IMG/VR virus record: IMGVR_UViG_3300009678_000375
Span: 1-27,282 of that record
From: a virus
Taxonomy: Duplodnaviria; Caudoviricetes
Direction: 5' to 3' (one strand)
DNA length: 27,282 bases
A program made the position numbers and the translations under genes. Shown here piece after piece: positions 18,909 to 26,087 of this stretch. Positions within the stretch are counted from its first letter, which is position 1; every line of letters starts with the position of its first letter. The notes beneath the pieces were generated by a model, which worked only from the letters and a program-made list of their open reading frames with translations, was not told the DNA's origin and ran no database searches.

Positions 18909-20159
18909 CTAGTAACCTACAGGTACCGCGAGGGTATCAATGTACGAGCAGGCTGCAGGATTAGACACGAATGTCTGCATCCCAACAACCATGTAGAAGA
19001 TCTCAGCCGCAGCCACACCACCAGATGCGCCACGAATCTCGAAGATCTTCCTTCCATCAGTAGTGTAGAAGCCGATGGGGAGAATCTCACCACGACCCCA
19101 CACTTCATCGACAATGAAGTCGATACGTGTCTTATCCCAGTTGTATGATGCCTTCATACTAGCACCAGCCAACTGCATGTTGTTTCCAAAATACATATTC
19201 AGACCTTCTTCTTTGGTCGTCTTCTGAATAATGGAAACAAGCTGACCGATCTCTTCATACGCCTGCATCTGGCAGGGGTGCAGCCAAGCAGTCGGATTGA
19301 AGTTATTGTCGATACCCACACGATTACCGATCTTATTGATCGCCAAACGTGGGAGTGGCAGAGTAAGACCGGCGCCTCCAGCGTTCACACGATTGGCACG
19401 AATCTCAGGCGTAGTGCTACGTGAGAATCCAAGCCATGTGCCCGCACTAGCATTTGAATGGTGATATGGCACACCAAACAATCCGGGGAGTGAAGCAGGA
19501 GCAGCAAGACCAGCTGTCACAATCTTATCGGTAGGCACCGTACCAGCGACAAGAGGAGCAACGGTAATAGTCTTGTTCTCTACATCCCACTGAGTAATCG
19601 TAGTGGTAAAGCCTGCACCACCACGCTGAGTAGTGAGAGTAGCGTCCCAAATACTAACAGTCTGACCAAACCGCATCAGACGCGCACCGAATCCATCCGT
19701 CGTCAGAGTGATGACACCAGCAGCATAAGTGGTAACAACACCAATTACACCATCACCAACCTGCATCATCTGACTATCCAACTGCCGACGCATTTCATCC
19801 AATGCGGTAGCAGTCAGACGACGAACACTATTGACGATAGCCTTACGAGCATCGTCAGTAGCCCACTGTGTCAACTTGGTGTACTCAATGTTCTCACTCA
19901 AGAACACGCAGTTGAGTACAGCCTTATCGAAGGTAGGCCCACCACCTCGTCCCAGATCTCCACCATCTGGATTGAAGTACTGGAAGCTACCTCCCGGACG
20001 AAGTTCCAGAGGCACGCGCATCTGGCGATGGGAGATCTTCTCCACATCACGCTTCTTGATGTTCGCGTAGAACTTGTCATCACGATCGAACAGGACACGT
20101 ACCTTCGGGATTACGTGCTCAAGTTCGAGTGCTGCAACCTGAGATTCAACAACGGCCAT
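18909..20159 (-). CDS. Major capsid protein (HK97-fold expected)
   Basis: 416 aa directly after the scaffold gene with an AGGAG RBS. Its size, long backbone-helix-like segment (AIVNSVRRLTATALDEMRRQLDSQMMQVGDG) and C-terminal NPAAC...LAVP pattern fit a capsid protein, and a downstream hairpin is present. Confidence 0.85.
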   Translation of the reverse strand: MAVVESQVAALELEHVIPKVRVLFDRDDKFYANIKKRDVEKISHRQMRVPLELRPGGSFQYFNPDGGDLGRGGGPTFDKAVLNCVFLSENIEYTKLTQWATDDARKAIVNSVRRLTATALDEMRRQLDSQMMQVGDGVIGVVTTYAAGVITLTTDGFGARLMRFGQTVSIWDATLTTQRGGAGFTTTITQWDVENKTITVAPLVAGTVPTDKIVTAGLAAPASLPGLFGVPYHHSNASAGTWLGFSRSTTPEIRANRVNAGGAGLTLPLPRLAINKIGNRVGIDNNFNPTAWLHPCQMQAYEEIGQLVSIIQKTTKEEGLNMYFGNNMQLAGASMKASYNWDKTRIDFIVDEVWGRGEILPIGFYTTDGRKIFEIRGASGGVAAAEIFYMVVGMQTFVSNPAACSYIDTLAVPVGY

Positions 20160-20168
20160 TTTAGGCTC

Positions 20169-21437
20169 CTACTTGTCAGACATCAACACATCGAGTGTAG
20201 ACATACTACGTGGTATGTCCGAGGCTTTACGAAACTTTCCACTAGATGGCCGTGGAGATGATCCACGAGCAATTGGGCCTTTCTTAGAGGCCATGAGATC
20301 CTGATTACTATCTGATCTTTCTCGCAAGGCTTTATTACGTGCCGATTTGATTACGCTTGGCAAGAGCGTCTTAGCCTTACTGAGATATGCAGACTTAATA
20401 CGATCAGTAGATTCCTTATCAAATCCTGACTTGAATGCACGTTCCCAGAGTTTATCAAGCATACCTCGAAAACGTGTATCCTGACCAATCAGGTCTTCCA
20501 GCTTATCAAATGCTTCCTTTGTTGCATGTTCCTTCACATATTCGGTCATCGTCTTATTAGGATCAATATGACCGTCAATCGTGGATCTCAGCACATTGTC
20601 AGCTCGTGTCTGCAAATCATCCCTCACATTAGTGAAGGTGTGCATGACCTGCTGCTGTCTCTCTTGCTGAACTTGCTGTCTAACCTGTGTAACCTGGGGA
20701 TCAACTGGTTTAGATAATCTACCTGGTGGTGTAAACTGCTGTGAACCAAAGATAAACTGATTCAATACATTTGCAGCAGCTGTAAGAGGCGCACCCTGAT
20801 CACCTAGATTACGACCCTCTCGAACCATAGTGATGATAGTGTCCTTGATGACATTACCAAGCACATGGTAGTAAGCCTGCTGATCTACCTTCCTCAGTGT
20901 TGGAAGGTAATTATCAGCGATCTTATTGAATGCCTCATCATTTTCAGCCTTAGCAGCCTGAAGGAACATGGTGATGTCACCATTCATCACCTGCTTCTCT
21001 GCTGCATCTAGAATCTGAGCCTTCTCTGCACTGATTCGCGCATCCTGAATAGTTGGGAATACTTCGGTGAACTGCTGTTCACGGTAGTATGCCTTCTCTA
21101 GATATGGAAAATCCTTGAAGAGAGTTGGATACTTAGCAAGAATTTCCTTACGCCTAACAGGAGTAGTGAGTTCGAGATCTTCCTCAGATGGAAGTTTAAT
21201 TTCTTCTTCAATTTCCTTCAGTTCATCTTCGTCTTCTGATTCCTCTTTCTCAACAGGAGGTGATGAATCATCATCATCATCCAAATCGAGAGGTTCTTCC
21301 TTAACTTCTTCATCATCGGCATTGAGAAGTTCTAGTGTATCAAGATCTTCTGACGTACCTGTGGCATCAGGAATACTAGCACCACCACCTTCTGGACTCA
21401 TAAATACTCGAAATAAATTATTGAACTGTAGGTTCAT
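20169..21437 (-). CDS. Capsid scaffolding protein
   Basis: About 422 aa, probable ATG at 21437 (GAGGG RBS). Very acidic disordered N-terminus, helical Gln-rich core and basic C-terminal tail; located between portal and capsid. Confidence 0.7.
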   Translation of the reverse strand: MNLQFNNLFRVFMSPEGGGASIPDATGTSEDLDTLELLNADDEEVKEEPLDLDDDDDSSPPVEKEESEDEDELKEIEEEIKLPSEEDLELTTPVRRKEILAKYPTLFKDFPYLEKAYYREQQFTEVFPTIQDARISAEKAQILDAAEKQVMNGDITMFLQAAKAENDEAFNKIADNYLPTLRKVDQQAYYHVLGNVIKDTIITMVREGRNLGDQGAPLTAAANVLNQFIFGSQQFTPPGRLSKPVDPQVTQVRQQVQQERQQQVMHTFTNVRDDLQTRADNVLRSTIDGHIDPNKTMTEYVKEHATKEAFDKLEDLIGQDTRFRGMLDKLWERAFKSGFDKESTDRIKSAYLSKAKTLLPSVIKSARNKALRERSDSNQDLMASKKGPIARGSSPRPSSGKFRKASDIPRSMSTLDVLMSDK

Positions 21438-23757
21438 TTTGTCCCTCATTCAGTTGCTCGCCTGTACTTCCCTGTGGACCAGCTTCTGGTGGTGCTTGGC
21501 CTGCTGGTTGAGGCATACCGCCCTGCGCCATCATCTGTTTCTGCATATCCATCATTTGCTTCTGCATATCCATGTCTTTATGAAGCTTCATGTGCAGAAG
21601 TACATTCTCATATCCCAGTGGATTCTCTAGTTTGCACAGTCTACCCGCATCTGATACCAACCAACGACGATCAATATCAGCTGCGAGAAGGTGATTATCT
21701 ACTTCGAAATCTGGTTCAATTGATGGTACTCGCATAGGTGGTGGAGGTGGCATTCCCATCTGAAATGCTTGCTGAGCCATCATTGGATCAGGTGGCATCT
21801 CAATAGGTTCGGATGTAATCAGGAGTTGAATCTCTTCAAACTCCTTCATTCTATCATCTTCACCAGGAATAATATAATCAGTCAGACCAATAGCCTTCTT
21901 GATGTAAGGCATATTTTCAGGAGACATGAGAGTGGACATAATCTGGTCATTGTTCATACCGAACAACTCCATAATTGCATCCTTCTGCTGATTCCAAGTG
22001 ATCGGCAGATTCTCATTTGCTTCCAATTCAATAGAACCAATCTTACCTTCAAGCTCAGATCGACGAATGAAGACGTTCACAAAGTTACCGAATTCATCCT
22101 TCTTGACCTGCTTATCATCTTCTTTCATCTCTTTAATGTAGAGAGGAATGGCCTTAGCGAATACATTCTTCCACCACAGTAACAACATCTTCCATGTGCC
22201 CTGTAGTCTCTGGAGAGCCTGAGCACGAGACATAGAATATTCAGATGCAGTTCTGGATCCGGACATCTGCCCACCAAATAGACTAGGCAGAGCACCAGAC
22301 ACCATCTGACCAATCTCTTGAATCTTTTGAGCGAATGGAAGGACTTCCTGAGATAGTGTAGCAGTCTTTACCTCATAGAATCCTTCACTAAGAGGCTTAC
22401 CAGTTTTTGGTGTAGCTGGATATATTCCTCCAGGTATAACTTCTGCATTTCGATATGCGTTAAAGTTAAGAACCTTCGGATCAGCAAATGTTTGCGGAAT
22501 TCCATGCTCAATAGTCTGAAGAGTAAGACTAATGAGATCATTCGTAATGTCCTGAACTGACGTAAGGAGTAGACCGACTGGATCGAAATGAATGAAATCA
22601 GAGAGTGGATTGTGCGTGAGAGTCCAATAATCGTCCATTGCCTCATTACACGCATCTGCAACTAAATCATTGACTACCGTAACTTTCACACCATCAGGAA
22701 ACTGCTTCTTCAGTTCTGCTACTTCATCAACATTCAAGATATTATACGCACATGGACGGAACCATGCGTATCGGCACGTAACATTGTTTATTGGATGTTC
22801 ACCCCGATACTGTGGACTAGTACGACCCCACTGTTCGTACATGTCGTATGAAGCACCACCTTTAGTGATCTTGTCTCGGAGTTCTGGATGCTTTTCGAGT
22901 ACATTTGCCCAATGAGTCTCATAAGAGTAAATGAGGTATGAGCATTCGGACTGATTCCTCGCCCAGACCGGCACTTTAACAAATAGACCACCATATACTT
23001 CCATCTTTACACGAGATTTGGGTTTATTAGTGACTCCAACGAGTCTCTGAACACTGAATGACTGACGCTGCATGTCTGGAAGGACCTGCATACCACACTC
23101 AGGGCACATCTCCAAACCCGCATTAATGGCTGCATTCAATGGTGCATCAGTGTCATCAGGAGTAAACTTGTCTTCCTGATCATAAGTTACTGTCTCATCT
23201 GCCATATTCATTTGGCAGAGAGGGCAAATCTTATTCTCAGTCGTTTCTACTCCAGTTTCGTACTTCTTTTCCTCGTATGTGCCGTATTTCTCGTCTTCAC
23301 ACGCATAGGTGTAGCACGCAGTCATTCCCTCAGTCATATGAATGAACAGCGCGTGTAACCAAAACAGAGGAGCATCATTATGCTTAAAGATCAAAGCAGC
23401 AATCTTATCGCCTGTCTTAGCTGTAATTACGTCCAGTGGGTTTTCAGCGTCATCAGGATAGCAAGTAACAGGAGGAACAGTAACACTAAGAGCGGCAATG
23501 ATTGACTCAAGGTAAGCCCGGTATATATTGACCGGCTTGTCATAAAACGCTTGATCAGATTGATCACCCTGTGTCTCAGGTGTACGCCAATCATGAGCTA
23601 TCTCGGAGTAATAGGTATGCTGAATGTTCTCCCAAAGTAGCTTCAATCGACGCCATGTTCTTATTTGACGATCACGCACACCTCTATCTTCATCGTCAAA
23701 ATGATCGACTAGCTGCTTCAATAGAGCCTTAGTAGCGTCATCCAGTTCAGGTGTCAT
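21418..23757 (-). CDS. Portal protein
   Basis: 779 aa, helical. N-terminal VNIYRAYLESIIAALS...P pattern, SGSRTASEY...QALQRL crown-type motif and Pro/Met/Gln-rich tail; lies between terminase and scaffold. Contains a CPLC...CPEC insertion. Confidence 0.85.
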   Translation of the reverse strand: MTPELDDATKALLKQLVDHFDDEDRGVRDRQIRTWRRLKLLWENIQHTYYSEIAHDWRTPETQGDQSDQAFYDKPVNIYRAYLESIIAALSVTVPPVTCYPDDAENPLDVITAKTGDKIAALIFKHNDAPLFWLHALFIHMTEGMTACYTYACEDEKYGTYEEKKYETGVETTENKICPLCQMNMADETVTYDQEDKFTPDDTDAPLNAAINAGLEMCPECGMQVLPDMQRQSFSVQRLVGVTNKPKSRVKMEVYGGLFVKVPVWARNQSECSYLIYSYETHWANVLEKHPELRDKITKGGASYDMYEQWGRTSPQYRGEHPINNVTCRYAWFRPCAYNILNVDEVAELKKQFPDGVKVTVVNDLVADACNEAMDDYWTLTHNPLSDFIHFDPVGLLLTSVQDITNDLISLTLQTIEHGIPQTFADPKVLNFNAYRNAEVIPGGIYPATPKTGKPLSEGFYEVKTATLSQEVLPFAQKIQEIGQMVSGALPSLFGGQMSGSRTASEYSMSRAQALQRLQGTWKMLLLWWKNVFAKAIPLYIKEMKEDDKQVKKDEFGNFVNVFIRRSELEGKIGSIELEANENLPITWNQQKDAIMELFGMNNDQIMSTLMSPENMPYIKKAIGLTDYIIPGEDDRMKEFEEIQLLITSEPIEMPPDPMMAQQAFQMGMPPPPPMRVPSIEPDFEVDNHLLAADIDRRWLVSDAGRLCKLENPLGYENVLLHMKLHKDMDMQKQMMDMQKQMMAQGGMPQPAGQAPPEAGPQGSTGEQLNEGQNEPTVQ

Positions 23758-24641
23758 TAGTATTCTTCCACTGGTTCAGGATTACGCTTCCTAGCTACAC
23801 GACGGGAAGTCAACTCATCATTGAATCTATTTGCAATTGGCGTAGACTCACTAATTGGTGGTGACATTACTGAAGGTGGTCTATTTGGATAAATTGGTGG
23901 AGTTTGATTAGTGATAACTGTTGGATTTCCTTCAGCATCATCTGGACCAATAGTTTTAATCTCATAGCCCTGACGCCACGGCTGATTCATGAGTGCTGTA
24001 TTTCTACCCACGGCCACAGCTCCAGCCAATCCACCACTAGCTCTAGGCTGAGCTAGATTAGATCCAACAGGTACTGAATTCTGACTAGATGATGGAGTAT
24101 CTGCTCCACGTGTATTAGCAGCGGAGGACAGAATACCCTTCAACTGACCCTGCCAACCACTATCTGCAACAGATTCATCCAATGTTTGACCAAGTACTTT
24201 ATTACCAACTGTATCACCAGCTAGTTTACCTACTGCACCCTGCCATCCACCTACATTACCCTTACCGACGGCAGCAGATGCAATCTTACCCAAATTACCC
24301 AATTTAGATGCACCAGTACCAGCTTGAGATGCGATACTACTTAGACTAGCACCCTTACCCACACCCGCACCCACAGTACCAGCTTTACCTAAACCACTCA
24401 ATGCTCCACCGAATGCCATACTACCGAGACCAGCGCCAGCAGAAGCCATGCCAAGATACTTATCGAATTTACTAGGCGCGAGTCCTTTTGCGATAGCTTT
24501 CTTTGCATCGCTCTCAGCCCATTTTTGACCGAGTTTTTGCGTAGCTCCAGTAGCCATCAGACTAGCTCCACCTGTGAATGGAGCAGCCACATATGGCGCG
24601 GCCTGTAGAGCTATCTTGCCTAACTTATTCCAAAAGCCCAC
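23757..24641 (-). CDS. Gly/Ala-rich putative internal virion (pilot/ejection-like) protein
   Basis: 294 aa, GTG start with AGGTG RBS. Amphipathic N-terminus MGFWNKLGKIALQAAPYVAAPFTGGASL and GxxxG glycine-zipper stretches. Confidence 0.55.
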   Translation of the reverse strand: MGFWNKLGKIALQAAPYVAAPFTGGASLMATGATQKLGQKWAESDAKKAIAKGLAPSKFDKYLGMASAGAGLGSMAFGGALSGLGKAGTVGAGVGKGASLSSIASQAGTGASKLGNLGKIASAAVGKGNVGGWQGAVGKLAGDTVGNKVLGQTLDESVADSGWQGQLKGILSSAANTRGADTPSSSQNSVPVGSNLAQPRASGGLAGAVAVGRNTALMNQPWRQGYEIKTIGPDDAEGNPTVITNQTPPIYPNRPPSVMSPPISESTPIANRFNDELTSRRVARKRNPEPVEEY

Positions 24642-24648
24642 TGTACAC

Positions 24649-24825
24649 CTACCTGAGGTTTACAGGAATGTTAATGATTCCAAACATGGAAAGGATGTAC
24701 AGAATGGAGAACAGAATTACAACAGCCCTAATGAGCATGATGATGGGAGGACTCATCGGAATATATGTCTCAACTAGATAGAGACAGAATCCAAGGACGA
24801 CGAGAACAACGATCATCATTATCAT
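24649..24825 (-). CDS. Small two-TM membrane protein (Thivi_2564-family-like; holin candidate), not in the ORF track
   Basis: Hand translation: MIMMIVVLVVLGFCLYLVETYIPMSPPIIMLIRAVVILFSILYILSMFGIINIPVNLR (58 aa). Two hydrophobic helices flank YIPM-x-P; ATGA overlap with the upstream stop. Confidence 0.75.
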   Translation of the reverse strand: MIMMIVVLVVLGFCLYLVETYIPMSPPIIMLIRAVVILFSILYILSMFGIINIPVNLR

Positions 24826-25526
24826 TTTTTCCCTGTCTTTCTTTTGTAACTAATCCACTCATCATCAGAGAATTTCTGATTAGCTTTCCTAGTAAGTTCA
24901 ATATATCTCTTAGTTTCTTCTGGTGACAGCATCTCGGAACTTATTCTGCCGGTTGTAGAGTAATATGCCGGAAATTCGTCTGCTCGATTAGCAGGCCATC
25001 TATTAGGTCTATTGAGATTCTGACCATAATGAACCATTTCATGTTCTATGGTCTTATATCTCTCATCAGGAGTCATTTGCTCCAAAATAGGATTAAAATC
25101 AATATTCCTCAGAGTCTGCCCCTCTGGTTCGATTCCACCGAGTTGATTAGTACCAATCCAGTCACCTCTCGGACCTAATCCTCTTACACGCGCTGCCAAA
25201 TCAGGATGTTCCTTCTTAGCACGTTCAAATGAAGCGCGCATATTTGGATATTCTTCAGGAATCTCAGTATTGTAAGTCTCAGGCGGAAGATATACACCCT
25301 TTGGAACTTTACCAGGCGAACCTAAAGTAACTTCTCGAAGTTCTGTTGGATTATAATCCCAACTAGGAGACATAGGACCAGGATTTTCAGGCTTAACTTC
25401 TACATCTTCCTTAAATCCCATATCATAAGTAGGTTCAGGACGTGGAGTTCCACCCAAATTCCTGACTACCATATCAGCCAGTGCATCAAACATAGTACGT
25501 TTGGATGGACCTATTCTGTCAGGCAT
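24822..25526 (-). CDS. Zincin-like (HExxH) metallopeptidase domain protein
   Basis: 234 aa: LGG...IDFNP...YKTIEHEMVHYGQ...DEFPAY, i.e. a strand, the HExxH helix and a downstream Glu as candidate third ligand. Confidence 0.7.
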   Translation of the reverse strand: MPDRIGPSKRTMFDALADMVVRNLGGTPRPEPTYDMGFKEDVEVKPENPGPMSPSWDYNPTELREVTLGSPGKVPKGVYLPPETYNTEIPEEYPNMRASFERAKKEHPDLAARVRGLGPRGDWIGTNQLGGIEPEGQTLRNIDFNPILEQMTPDERYKTIEHEMVHYGQNLNRPNRWPANRADEFPAYYSTTGRISSEMLSPEETKRYIELTRKANQKFSDDEWISYKRKTGKK

Positions 25527-25528
25527 GG

Positions 25529-25843
25529 CTAGGAAATACCTACTTCCTTTTCCAACTTGTCGATTTCAGCAGATCTATCTCTCATCAATTTAGCTTTCTG
25601 TCTATCTTCCTGTTCCAATATCTGCTGTCTCACACGCCAAGGAGTGAATTGTGGAGTAATAGCTACTGGTTCCTCAGACTGAATAGAGGGTGGTTCGACC
25701 TGCTTAGGTTCCAGAAGTCTATGTAGAAGATCCCGTCGTTCTGCATTACTCTCAGCGAGTTGCATACGCAGGATGTCACATGACTCACACGGAGGATCAG
25801 TCAGGCCGAACCACTTGTTTACCAGCTGCTTCCACATTCCCAT
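25529..25843 (-). CDS. Hypothetical coiled-coil protein with CxxC
   Basis: About 104 aa from the ATG at 25843 (AAGGA RBS 8 nt upstream); CESC followed by a heptad-like helix. Confidence 0.6.
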   Translation of the reverse strand: MGMWKQLVNKWFGLTDPPCESCDILRMQLAESNAERRDLLHRLLEPKQVEPPSIQSEEPVAITPQFTPWRVRQQILEQEDRQKAKLMRDRSAEIDKLEKEVGIS

Positions 25844-26087
25844 TATTTGGTTCCTTAGGATTCCAACGATCTGGATGACATGTATATCCACAAATCCCAT
25901 TAGGTGGACATTTTGGATGAGTTAAAATCTTAGCTGGCATCCCATCTCCACACTTGGGGAGCATACGAAAGTGACCACACGCACTCAATGAAACAGAACT
26001 AATGACGATACCGACTAACAGGCTTAGTGTAATCGTCAGACTGAGACTCGACTTTTGCCATATTTCGGTAATAGGCGGTCCAGTCAT
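25797..26087 (-). CDS. Putative Cys-rich lipoprotein overlapping the terminase 3' end
   Basis: Hydrophobic stretch LTITLSLLVGIVISSV, then lipobox LSA-C, then a mature part of about 60 aa with four more Cys. It covers the otherwise empty 25844-25998 gap. Confidence 0.6.
   Translation of the reverse strand: MTGPPITEIWQKSSLSLTITLSLLVGIVISSVSLSACGHFRMLPKCGDGMPAKILTHPKCPPNGICGYTCHPDRWNPKEPNNGNVEAAGKQVVRPD

Noticed and set aside
18498-20159. Capsid-decoration fusion by simple readthrough
   Set aside because: The genes are in frame, but two UAGs would have to be read through and the downstream gene has its own RBS; a 1-in-3 coincidence is sufficient. Kept only as a side note to the hairpin finding.
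16971-20171. Stop-codon reassignment (run of genes ending in TAG)
   Set aside because: Genes are full-length under the standard code, and the TAG stops are followed by an RBS and the next start, so TAG behaves as a true stop.
3183-24781. Numerous short + strand ORFs in the track opposite the structural genes
   Set aside because: They are antisense shadows of long - strand genes, with no RBS or coupling pattern and no recognisable motifs.
25844-25900. Track start at 25900 for the coiled-coil protein
   Set aside because: The ATG at 25843 has a well-spaced AAGGA, and the upstream segment is better explained by the lipoprotein frame.
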